From an uncultured Parabacteroides sp. (GTDB taxonomy: Bacteria; Bacteroidota; Bacteroidia; Bacteroidales; Tannerellaceae), in the NCBI GenBank assembly GCA_949287365.1, contig CASEGC010000019.1, forward strand, positions 2,428 through 66,427: a stretch of 64,000 nt of DNA, given 5' to 3'. Below the pieces are notes generated by a model. It was not told the origin of the DNA. It was given only the letters and a program-made list of their open reading frames with translations, and made no database searches. Both the position numbers and the translations under genes were made by a program. Positions 50,831 through 59,952 of this stretch are shown here, in pieces (within the stretch, counting starts at the first letter, position 1; the number at the start of each line of letters is the position of its first letter).

Positions 50831-50910
50831 TCAAGGGTCATAATGACTGTTAAGCAAGGGTCATAATGACTGTTGGCGAAGGGTCATTATGACCCTTGAA
50901 CAGGGGTCAC
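50831..50910. repeat. 23-bp-period palindromic array upstream of HU-like gene
   Basis: caagggtcataatgactgttaag / caagggtcataatgactgttggc / gaagggtcattatgacccttgaa / caggggtca; perfect 17-bp IR 50831-50847 vs 50883-50899. Confidence 0.88.
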
Positions 50911-50979
50911 CGTTAGTGTTTTCAGCGCCATTGCCGTCCGCGGCCTACATAGACGCGACAGACGGAAACGCGCCTAAAC

Positions 50980-52932
50980 TCACTGACCCTCCGTCCACTG
51001 CGCAATGCCGTCCGCGCTGGTCTGTGTGCCGTCGCTGCCCGTGAGCGTCACGCCGCCGAATGTCACGGTTACGATGTCAGGCGAATATCCTCCTTTGCCT
51101 ATTTTATAGGGGGGCAGATATGTTCCTCCGGTGGCTCCACGGTCGCCAATCGTCAGTCGGCTTAGGAATGTGTCGGCGGATTCGTCTGTCGCGATAGTGA
51201 TGGTTCCACCGGTAACTTCCAACTGATAGGTGTCTGTATACGCAAAACCTATAACCGCCGCTCCGCTTCCACTTGTCGCGGTAATTTCTGAACGGGTTAT
51301 GCTAATATTTCCCATCTTGCTGTTTTCGGAGGTAGACAAAAATGCTGAATATCCCATCCCTATGGCTGCGGAATGGTATCCTCCTTTGGCCGTGATGGTG
51401 GCATTGGTTATGGTGATGTCGCCGCAACATCCGGGCCCGGAACAGCCGATGCCGGCACCTCCATGTAGAGGATTCTCATCCTCATCAGTTGTTGTTGCTC
51501 CCGTAGCGTCGATGGTGACGTTCTCTATGATGATGTCGCCACCCGCTGTGGCACTGGTGGCGGCGCCGATGCCGGCTCCGGCTGCACCACCTTCTCCCCA
51601 AACAGTGTTTGTACCTCCGCCTTTAACCGTCAGTTTGTCGGTCTTGCCATTTATGCCCGTGATGGTGACCGATGCGCCACTGGCTACCGCCACGGCGGTA
51701 TTGGTCCGCGAGGTCACGCTGTTCTCCGTTCCGGACACTTGGATAGTAGGATTGCCGCCCGTTATGTTGATACCGATGCCGGAAGTGTTGATAGTCGCGC
51801 CGTACAGCGTGAGGTTGATACCATCGCCGTTAATGGTGACGCCTTGGGTGTATGTGCCGCTCATGGTGTATGTGCCCGCTTCGGTGAGGGTTTCCCCATC
51901 TTTTACTATGGGGGCTTCCAGCACCCTTGATGCCGTCACCTTGCCGCCGTCCGCACGGATAAGGGAGACATCGAGCAACGCCTTACCGCCAGTGGCGGGG
52001 GCGGTGACGGTCACTTTCTTGTTCTCCAAGTCCGCCGTTACGCTCCAGCCGCCTACGTTGTCACCCGTGCGGGTGTCGATGGCGGTAAAAGTACCGTCCG
52101 CTCCCTCAGGCGTGAGCCGCGCCACGAGCGAGGCGTATTCGCCCTCGAAGCTCAGCGTGATGTCGGTCGTGCCGCCTGCGGTGACCTCCAGCGAGCCATC
52201 GCCCGTGCCTATGGTGAGGGGCTGGTAACGGGGCACTTGGAAAGAGGTCGTACCGTCCGCCAGCGTGAAGGTGACGTAATCGGGGTCGGTGGTATCCACG
52301 CTCGCGAAGAGTGACTCGCCGCTCTCGCCCGTGGCTTTCACCTCGGTGGAAGTCCACGTCCGCCCGCCGTCGGTGGATATTTCCCACTCGTTCGTATCCT
52401 CATTGATACGCACCTGCGGGGCGACAGCGTCCTTGCCCGGCTCGCCTTGCGGACCCTGCGGACCGGTGGAACCCGGTCTGCCGTCCGAGCCATCATCGCC
52501 ATCCTCTCCGTTGGCGCGGATAGGGTCGCCGTCGGTGTCGGTCATCAGCTCGCCATTGAGTGTCCAATACCAATTGCCGTCCTCCCCTTCCTTGAGGCCG
52601 ATGAGCGGCGTGGCTCCCGCCTCGCCTTTCGTCCCGTTATATATGGTGACCGGCTCGGAACGCAGGAAGGCGATGGTGTAACCCACCGTCTCGCCACCTT
52701 CCGTCAAGGGCGTTACAGAGGTTATCATGTCGTTGGCGTTCAAGAGTTCCTGTAGGGCGGCGAGGTTACTGTTCGTCTCCTCCTGCCACTCCTCCAAGGC
52801 GGCGAGGCGTTCCTCGTGCTCGTTCACCTTCTGCCACAGCTCGGTGTCGTCGTAGTCGTCACCACAAGCGGCGGTGAGACAGAGAACGGCTCCCAACAAC
52901 AGGCCTCCCAAGCGACGACGGGGAGCGGTCAT
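50980..52932 (-). CDS. Surface lipoprotein with PL29-N/DUF4988-type N-terminus, collagen-like linker and beta-helix-like C-terminus
   Basis: Lipobox LTAAC, YDDTELW...HEERLAALEEW, DGNWYWTLNGE, GxxGPQGPQGEPG, repeated GAGIG/AAIG. Confidence 0.75.
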   Translation of the reverse strand: MTAPRRRLGGLLLGAVLCLTAACGDDYDDTELWQKVNEHEERLAALEEWQEETNSNLAALQELLNANDMITSVTPLTEGGETVGYTIAFLRSEPVTIYNGTKGEAGATPLIGLKEGEDGNWYWTLNGELMTDTDGDPIRANGEDGDDGSDGRPGSTGPQGPQGEPGKDAVAPQVRINEDTNEWEISTDGGRTWTSTEVKATGESGESLFASVDTTDPDYVTFTLADGTTSFQVPRYQPLTIGTGDGSLEVTAGGTTDITLSFEGEYASLVARLTPEGADGTFTAIDTRTGDNVGGWSVTADLENKKVTVTAPATGGKALLDVSLIRADGGKVTASRVLEAPIVKDGETLTEAGTYTMSGTYTQGVTINGDGINLTLYGATINTSGIGINITGGNPTIQVSGTENSVTSRTNTAVAVASGASVTITGINGKTDKLTVKGGGTNTVWGEGGAAGAGIGAATSATAGGDIIIENVTIDATGATTTDEDENPLHGGAGIGCSGPGCCGDITITNATITAKGGYHSAAIGMGYSAFLSTSENSKMGNISITRSEITATSGSGAAVIGFAYTDTYQLEVTGGTITIATDESADTFLSRLTIGDRGATGGTYLPPYKIGKGGYSPDIVTVTFGGVTLTGSDGTQTSADGIAQWTEGQ

Positions 52933-53118
52933 TATGTTATCGAATGTTAAACGGGGGGTAAAATGGAGAGGACCACCGCACGGACGCACGGCCTTCCCTC
53001 GCAAGGTAAACAGTTTCTTTCTTGTTCTTATACATATTATTATACGTTTGTTTATCGGAGGTAAAAGTAAGGAACATTTTCCATTAGACAAAGAAGAAAA
53101 GAAGGAATATCACGCGAA

Positions 53119-53355
53119 CTATTCAATATCTATCATTCCAGAGAATTGCCCGATAACACCCGCATGAGACTTGGCCGATATATGCTTATAAAGCAACAAA
53201 GCGGAAGCGGAATAGAAACAAGCGTAATACAAACTGTTCACGGCCGAATTCCACTGTCCTGCCTCGTACAATATCCGAGCGGCCTCGTATACTTCCCGTG
53301 CCTTCTCCAAACGGTAACGGATATAAGCCGTCATGTTTCCCGCGTCTTCTTTCAT
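53119..53355 (-). pseudogene. Truncated HEPN-domain protein
   Basis: AVNSLYYACFY...SHAGVIGQF then stop at 78 aa; C-terminal half with R..GDY motif missing. Confidence 0.7.
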
Positions 53356-53672
53356 ATTCGTATAGCTTCCGATTGTATTTGTTTATAAAAAGGGGTGATA
53401 GCGTGACGCGTATGCCAATCTCGCTTGCCATAGGCGAACAATTGGATAACCTGCCCCGTCTCAACCATAAGGTCGCAAATATGGTCCATAAAGAGCTCCT
53501 CCTCCCGAAACGTCAACTTCGGCTTGGAAGAGAGCACCAACACGTCCCAATCCGAATCGGTACGCGCGTCCTGCCTCGCACGGGAACCATAAAGCCAAAC
53601 TTCGGCATCGGGTTCCACCTCATGCACGTTCTGGCTGATACGTCGTAACATCTCTTGATAGTCTGTTCTCAT
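53352..53672 (-). CDS. Minimal nucleotidyltransferase (MNT)
   Basis: LYGSRARQDA..DSDWDVLVL; overlaps HEPN start. Confidence 0.88.
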   Translation of the reverse strand: MRTDYQEMLRRISQNVHEVEPDAEVWLYGSRARQDARTDSDWDVLVLSSKPKLTFREEELFMDHICDLMVETGQVIQLFAYGKRDWHTRHAITPFYKQIQSEAIRI

Positions 53673-53771
53673 AATCCCAATCTTTTACATTCGACCTCCA
53701 CAAAGATACGTTTTTCCCTTCTCTTTCCCTCGTCAATCCACAAAAAAGGTGGATATAAGGGAAGCCTTTTA

Positions 53772-55823
53772 CTATATATTGTAGGTCAGTGTCAGCCACG
53801 CCACACGAGGGTCGCGGTTGCGGCGTTGCGTCATGCGCAGGTCGGGCGTGTCTATCACCGTCACCTCCTCCAAGCTATCGAAGATGTTGTTGACGCTCAG
53901 ATTCAGCCGCAGCTTACGGTCGAGGAGGTATTGCGACAGGCCGGCGTTCACGCTGTAATGGCTTCCTATCTCGCCTTGAGGCGTGAGCTGGTCGGAGATA
54001 TAGAAGCCGTCTATCTGCACCTCCGTGGTGGGCGTGAGGCGCAGGTTCACGTTCCCCTTCACGTCCCAGCAGAGCAACGATTTCCTCTCGCCATAGCCTA
54101 CCGTCCGCCCGTCTATCTCATCCCGATACAGGTCGCCGGAGAAACCTATCGTCAGGAAGCGCGCGGGGTTCCACGAGCCGGAGAGGTCCGCCCCCACGGT
54201 CCGGCTATGCCCCATGTTCACCCTCCGCCATACGGTCTCCTCCTCCACCTGGCTCGCCACCTCCATGATACGGTTCGAGCGGTTCCGGTAATAGACCGCC
54301 GGGGTGAGGCGGAAACGAGGGACGGAGAGTTGATAGCCCAACTCCACCTGATGGATGAACTCGTCCTTCAGGTCCGGATTACCCTGTATGATATGAGTCG
54401 CGTCACTATTGTCCAAGAAAGAGCAAAGGTACGCGCCCGTCGGACGGATGACCCGTTGCTGGTAACTCAGGCTGAAAGCGCCACTCTCCGACACCTCATA
54501 CGAGAGACGGGCCCTCGGATAGAGATGGAAGCGGGAATGATACACGCCATCCATGCCGGAACGGTTGAACTCCGCCTGCGCGCCCAGCTCCACGCCGAAG
54601 TCGCCCCAGCGTTTCCCCACCGAGGCGTAAAGCAGGTTCAAGTAACGGTTATACGCGTATCGGTACGACTTCGCCGGGTTCAAGACGAAGCCCTCCTCCT
54701 TCTTGTCGTTGGCGATAGAGACGTAATCCTCGTCGCGGGCCCTGCCTATATAACCCACCCGGATGTCCCAGTCCTCGGCGGAGTAGTCGTAACCCATGCT
54801 CCAATAATAGTTCCGCTTCGTCTGGTCGATGAACTGGTTGTCCTCCGCCACGATAGTCTCGTTCCGCGGGTTCTCGTTCTTGTAATCGTTATCCTCGTCG
54901 TACGCGAAGTTATTGTAGTTGAAGAGCGCGTGGAAGCCGTTCGCCTCCGAGAAACTATGTCTCCAACGAGCCTCCGCCGCGTAAGCCTCCTGCCGCTGGT
55001 CGTTATACCGGTTCCGGAGCACGTGTTTCATCTGCTCGCCCTTCAGGTTGAACACCTGATTATCGATACGCCCATACCGGCTATAATCCATCAGGTGATA
55101 CAATCCGCCCACGGTTATCCGGTCCTTCGGGGACAAATCATAGCCTATCCTCAAATCGGCCACATGCACGTCCGGCCGGGCGGAAGCGTTATTATTCATG
55201 AGCGTCTCGTTGGCTTGGTTCTCGGTCAGCTTACTAAACGTCCGCGCCCTGTACTCCTTCCTGTAATTGTACTTGGCGTTGATATGGAACTTCCCCGGAT
55301 GCAGGTTCAACGCCGCCCCGACGTTATAACGCTCGTGCCATCCCGCACCCAAGGTGACCGAAAAGGGAGAGTCGCCCCGCTCGCTCGACTCCAAATCGAG
55401 CGCACCGGCCGCCCCGTCCGGCACCACCGTGATGGCAGGATAAGTCCCCATGGAAATCCTATCGAAGAACATCGCCGGCAACTGAATCAGCACGTCGCCT
55501 CCATATTCCTCCAGCAAGCCGTAAGGGACACCATTAATCAACATCCCCACCCTGTTCGAGCCGCGATAAGTGACCCCGCCCTCGATATCCGTCACCACGG
55601 AAGGAATCTGGCGGAAAACGTCCGCCGCCGTGCTGGGGAGACCGCTCAAATTATGCTCCACTCGCAACGCGCTTACGCCACTCTTTATACTCAGTCCGGA
55701 GAACCGCGCCCCACGTACCTCTATGTCCGGTATCACGACCGCCGTATCGGCCGGAGTCTGCGCGAGAACGGGTGTCGCCAGCAACGACGCGAGAAGAAAA
55801 CGCTGCATTGTCATCTTATTCAT
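53772..55823 (-). CDS. TonB-dependent receptor-like outer-membrane beta-barrel protein
   Basis: Signal peptide, plug DVFRQIPSV.TD.EG.VTYRG, GNPDLKDE, terminal LTLTYNI. Confidence 0.82.
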   Translation of the reverse strand: MNKMTMQRFLLASLLATPVLAQTPADTAVVIPDIEVRGARFSGLSIKSGVSALRVEHNLSGLPSTAADVFRQIPSVVTDIEGGVTYRGSNRVGMLINGVPYGLLEEYGGDVLIQLPAMFFDRISMGTYPAITVVPDGAAGALDLESSERGDSPFSVTLGAGWHERYNVGAALNLHPGKFHINAKYNYRKEYRARTFSKLTENQANETLMNNNASARPDVHVADLRIGYDLSPKDRITVGGLYHLMDYSRYGRIDNQVFNLKGEQMKHVLRNRYNDQRQEAYAAEARWRHSFSEANGFHALFNYNNFAYDEDNDYKNENPRNETIVAEDNQFIDQTKRNYYWSMGYDYSAEDWDIRVGYIGRARDEDYVSIANDKKEEGFVLNPAKSYRYAYNRYLNLLYASVGKRWGDFGVELGAQAEFNRSGMDGVYHSRFHLYPRARLSYEVSESGAFSLSYQQRVIRPTGAYLCSFLDNSDATHIIQGNPDLKDEFIHQVELGYQLSVPRFRLTPAVYYRNRSNRIMEVASQVEEETVWRRVNMGHSRTVGADLSGSWNPARFLTIGFSGDLYRDEIDGRTVGYGERKSLLCWDVKGNVNLRLTPTTEVQIDGFYISDQLTPQGEIGSHYSVNAGLSQYLLDRKLRLNLSVNNIFDSLEEVTVIDTPDLRMTQRRNRDPRVAWLTLTYNI

Positions 55824-55996
55824 TGTTATTCATTATCCGATAAATTCGCGAATCGCCGGCAAAAGTAGGAACATTTAAACGAATACACAACCCGCAGACG
55901 GCATCCCGGCGCCATCCGCCCCGACAAAAAAAGAAAAGAGAGGGGGAAAAATTTCCCTACCCCGCAAGAAAAACTTCCGCACATAACGGATATTTC

Positions 55997-56082
55997 TCTA
56001 TCTTTAGGCTGAAGATATCCATCTTTAGGTTAAAGATATGTATCTTTAGATTGAAGATATGTATCTTTAGGCTAAAGATAGA
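55997..56082. repeat. 86-bp palindrome array, copy 6 (core forward, arms reversed; arms ~55935-56160)
   Basis: tc-tatctttaggctgaagata-tc-catctttaggttaaagata-tg-tatctttagattgaagata-tg-tatctttaggctaaagata-ga; right arm is reverse complement of copy 1 left arm. Confidence 0.95.
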
Positions 56083-56236
56083 CTTTTCTCCGGGAGATTC
56101 TCGTTTTTTCCCGCCGAGTCTCGAAGTTTTTCCCATGTCCTACGAACTTTTATCCCGTATCGTCCCGCTTTCGATGTCCGACGGACGCGCGCCGAAGCAA
56201 ATAATCATTACCTTCGCGAAGGTTTAACAGGAAATT

Positions 56237-56953
56237 ATGAAGACATTACTTGACGTGCATACCCACACGATAGCCAGCGGGCATGCGTTCAGCACCTTAC
56301 ATGAGATGGTCATGGCGGCGTCCGAGAAAGGAATCGAGTTATTGGGCATTACGGAACACGCGCCCGGCATACCGGGGACATGCGCGCCGATTTACTTCCG
56401 CAACTTACACGTGGTCCCCCGAAAAATGTATGGCGTGGAGCTTCTGCTGGGGGCGGAATTGAACATCATCGACTATCGGGGAACCATCGACCTGGACGAG
56501 GAATACCTGCGGATGCTGGACATCAAGATAGCGGGCATTCACTCGCTTTGCTATAATCCGGGCACGGTAGAGGAGAACACGGCGGCGATGCTCGGAGCCA
56601 TCCGGAACCCACATATCCATATCATCAGCCATCCGGGAGACGGCACCGCCACTGTGGATTTCGAGCCAATCGTGTTAGCATCCAAGGAATATCATACCTT
56701 ATTGGAAATCAACAACAGCTCCCTCAATCCCGCCCGGAAAAAGCTTTTCGCGCGGACGAATAACCTCACGATACTGCGCCTGTGCAAGAAGTATGAGGTC
56801 CCCGTCATCTTGGGAAGCGACGCGCACATCTCCTTCGACATCGCGCGATACGACCATATCCATGAGTTATTGCGAGAGACGGAGTTTCCGGAAGGATTAA
56901 TCATGAACGACAAAGTGGAGCGGTTCAAACGGTTCATCGAGAGCAAACCCTGA
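56237..56953 (+). CDS. PHP-family phosphatase (YcdX-like)
   Basis: DVHTHT.ASGHA.S, ITEH, ISHP, EINNSS, GSDAH. Confidence 0.9.
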   Translation: MKTLLDVHTHTIASGHAFSTLHEMVMAASEKGIELLGITEHAPGIPGTCAPIYFRNLHVVPRKMYGVELLLGAELNIIDYRGTIDLDEEYLRMLDIKIAGIHSLCYNPGTVEENTAAMLGAIRNPHIHIISHPGDGTATVDFEPIVLASKEYHTLLEINNSSLNPARKKLFARTNNLTILRLCKKYEVPVILGSDAHISFDIARYDHIHELLRETEFPEGLIMNDKVERFKRFIESKP

Positions 56954-56961
56954 ACCGACTC

Positions 56962-59457
56962 TCATTCAAGCCGTAGCTTCAATATCGTCACCGAATAAGG
57001 CGGGAAACTATACCGTATAGGTTCTGTCGCGGGGAAAACGAGCGTCCGCGTCTCCGGCTCTATCGCGTCCGGTTCCCCGAGCGTATCGCGAGCCTCCAAG
57101 GCCCCTCCCAGCTGGACCAGCTCCGCCTCCCCGCGTATATTCCCGCCTTCCACACGCAAGGCGGTCGTCTCCTCATGGGCGGTCGTATTCACCACTTTCA
57201 GGTAAATCATCCGTCTCTCCTTATCCAAAGTGGCCACCGACACGAGCGAGGGGATGGGATTCAAATCTACCTCATGCAACAAAACGTTATCCACGTAACA
57301 CCGTATCCGCTCGTTTACGCAAGTCATGCGCACCGTATACCAACGGCCGCTCTCGAACGGGAACGGCACGGTGGATACCAAGCTATCCTTCACGCCTCCC
57401 GCCTGATGATACAACTCGCTCACTCCCCGGCCGATGGTCATACAAATATAGTCCGCCTGCTCTCCCGACTCCCCGTTATTGCGCAAGCGAAGCTGTATCT
57501 GTCCGCTACCTTTCGTCCGGCGAATCATGAGCGAATAATCATAATCGTACCGGGTCGAATCGCCAAACAAGACATGGTTCCAACGGTTCGCGTCAGGCAC
57601 CAACACACCCTTCTCCGCCACCCGCCATCCGCCTCTCAAGACGGAGATTTCCCCGACCGGAGTTTGGTCGACCTTCACCTCCTTGAACTCAAAGCTATTA
57701 TCGAACATCTCGATTCCCACCCTGCCCGCTTGAATCTGGGGACGTTGATAGGTATCGACCTTCGTCCGCAAAACCTCGTCTCCCCGATGGCGGGAAAACA
57801 TCTTCAACAAATGATAGGAGGGCGAAAGCGAGACCCGGTTCCCGTCAATAGTGATTAACGGATGACGCGGATTGTCGAAACGGGCGTTTCCCAAAACCGG
57901 AGCGTAAGCCAAACGTTGTACGATATCCGGGTTACGCTCCACTCCTATCAAGAAGCAAGCCTCCGCCACGGCCGCCCGCGACGTGCCCGCCAAGGGACGC
58001 TCTACCGTTCCGAACTCGCCGATGAACACCCTCGGAGAACGCCACGTGTTCCGCTCGCCATCGAAACGCGTGGAATTGGACATGAAAAAATCGCCCCTCG
58101 AATAATAATGCGAGTCCACCCACGCGCCCCGGCTTCGCTTTTTCACGTTAGAGCTGCTGATTACCGTGACCTCCGGATAAGCCTTCTCTATCGCCTCCCG
58201 GAACAGATTGAACCTGCGGACATATTCCGGCCCGTAATTCTCGCTCCCTATCTCTATATATTTCAGATGGAAAGGCTCCGGATGCCCGTTTCTCGCCCGT
58301 AACGCGCCCAAGGTCGAATCCACGGGAGCGTTGGCGTAAGCGATAGCGCCCAAAGCGTCATCCACCAGCTTGCCCATCGCCGTGATGTCCTCATAACGCG
58401 GTCTTCGGTTTTGGCTCGTCACGCCGCTATTGACGACATAAACCGGCTCCGCCCCCACATCCTCGCAAAAACACAAGTACTCATGAAAACCCATGCCATT
58501 GCTCGTTCCATATCCCCACACGTTCCAAAAATGTTTCCGTTCCGATATGTCGCCCAAAGTCTCTCTCCAAATCGGGTAAGTGCCCGCCGTATAACCCTCC
58601 ACGAAAGCGCCCCCCGGGAACCGGATGAAGCGTGGCGATAACGAGTCTATCAACGCCGCCAAGTCCTTCCGCACGCCATTCTCTCTCATTTTCCAGGTCT
58701 CTTCGGGGAAAAGGGAAACCACGTCCATCCAAAAGAGCGTAGACGAATCCGCAGAGAAGGTCAGGACCGCGTTATCCACGTCATCGCTTGCCGTGAACGT
58801 ATGCTCCACACGCCGCCATTCCAACGAGGGAGCGAGATTGAAGACATCGCTCAAGGTATGTTCCATCACGGAGTCCTCCAACACCACCCGGATAGTCTTG
58901 GGAATCATGCTGGCCCCTTTCGCGAACAAAGACAAGCGATACTTTTCCCCTTTCCGAAGCGGAATACCCCGATAACCTTCCGCCACGACTCCCCCTCTCC
59001 CGGTCTCGGAGGAGGCGGATATGGAGACCAACAACGAGCGACGGTTCTTATCGTTGATTCTCTCTTCCGTATCCAGCCACATGAAGGTATTACGCGCCAT
59101 CACTCTCCATCCGGGCACCGAATCCCTCGGTACGAACGGAATCGTCCATCCGTTAGGTGTCCTCAACAAATTCCGCGAGGCGTCGTAAGGACAATTCAAG
59201 GGAGGGACACCATCCTCGAAACTCCGATTCCGGATTAGCTCCGCGTACAAACCTCCCTCTATACCATGGTTGATTTCCTCAAGGGTAAGACCATACAAAT
59301 CCGAATTCACGGGCACGGACAAGGCGTCCGCTTGAATCGTAATGGCGGATGTTACGGGCATCTCCGGCTGGCACGAGAAAAGACACCCCGACAATATCGA
59401 ACATACGACCAGCCTCAACCCTAAAGCGATAAAACGCGTAAACCTGTCAATATACAT
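56962..59457 (-). CDS. GH51 alpha-L-arabinofuranosidase-like lipoprotein with inserted beta-sandwich
   Basis: EEINHG.EGGLYAEL..NRSFE, FIRFPGG, G.GFHEY, IEIGSEN, FIGEF, PPYSVTIL. Confidence 0.85.
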   Translation of the reverse strand: MYIDRFTRFIALGLRLVVCSILSGCLFSCQPEMPVTSAITIQADALSVPVNSDLYGLTLEEINHGIEGGLYAELIRNRSFEDGVPPLNCPYDASRNLLRTPNGWTIPFVPRDSVPGWRVMARNTFMWLDTEERINDKNRRSLLVSISASSETGRGGVVAEGYRGIPLRKGEKYRLSLFAKGASMIPKTIRVVLEDSVMEHTLSDVFNLAPSLEWRRVEHTFTASDDVDNAVLTFSADSSTLFWMDVVSLFPEETWKMRENGVRKDLAALIDSLSPRFIRFPGGAFVEGYTAGTYPIWRETLGDISERKHFWNVWGYGTSNGMGFHEYLCFCEDVGAEPVYVVNSGVTSQNRRPRYEDITAMGKLVDDALGAIAYANAPVDSTLGALRARNGHPEPFHLKYIEIGSENYGPEYVRRFNLFREAIEKAYPEVTVISSSNVKKRSRGAWVDSHYYSRGDFFMSNSTRFDGERNTWRSPRVFIGEFGTVERPLAGTSRAAVAEACFLIGVERNPDIVQRLAYAPVLGNARFDNPRHPLITIDGNRVSLSPSYHLLKMFSRHRGDEVLRTKVDTYQRPQIQAGRVGIEMFDNSFEFKEVKVDQTPVGEISVLRGGWRVAEKGVLVPDANRWNHVLFGDSTRYDYDYSLMIRRTKGSGQIQLRLRNNGESGEQADYICMTIGRGVSELYHQAGGVKDSLVSTVPFPFESGRWYTVRMTCVNERIRCYVDNVLLHEVDLNPIPSLVSVATLDKERRMIYLKVVNTTAHEETTALRVEGGNIRGEAELVQLGGALEARDTLGEPDAIEPETRTLVFPATEPIRYSFPPYSVTILKLRLE

Positions 59458-59616
59458 TTCTCCCTCATTTCATATATGCCGCGAACTTACGGAAATTAAA
59501 CTAAAATTTCGCCAAGTTTCTCGCGAGTAACCATTATTTTCGCGGTCAGATATTGAGATTATCGCGTGTCGAGGTGACATTAGACACGTTTTCATTTAAA
59601 AACATAACGAGCGAAA

Positions 59617-59952
59617 ATGTATATAGTTATCAAACGAATGGAAATCTCGGCCTCGCACAGGCTCAGGTTATCCTATCCCAGTAAATGTGAGAACCTGCAC
59701 GGTCACAATTGGAATATCACCATTTACTGCCGTTCCCAGCGATTGAACGCGGATGGCATGGTCGTTGATTTCAGCCACGTCAAGGAATGCATAAAATCGA
59801 AACTTGACCATCAGAACCTGAACGACATCCTACCTTTCAACCCGACCGCGGAGAATATCGCCCATTGGGTTTGCGAGCAGATTCCCACCTGCTTCAAGGT
59901 AGAGGTACAAGAGTCCGAGAATAACATCGCCATCTATGAAAAAGATCAATGA
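59617..59952 (+). CDS. queD: 6-carboxy-5,6,7,8-tetrahydropterin synthase
   Basis: SASH, KCENLHGHNW, LDHQNLN, NPTAENIA. Confidence 0.92.
   Translation: MYIVIKRMEISASHRLRLSYPSKCENLHGHNWNITIYCRSQRLNADGMVVDFSHVKECIKSKLDHQNLNDILPFNPTAENIAHWVCEQIPTCFKVEVQESENNIAIYEKDQ

Noticed and set aside
53655-55868. 737-aa ORF on + strand
   Set aside because: Antisense shadow of the beta-barrel receptor gene; no motifs, typical of GC3-rich codon bias
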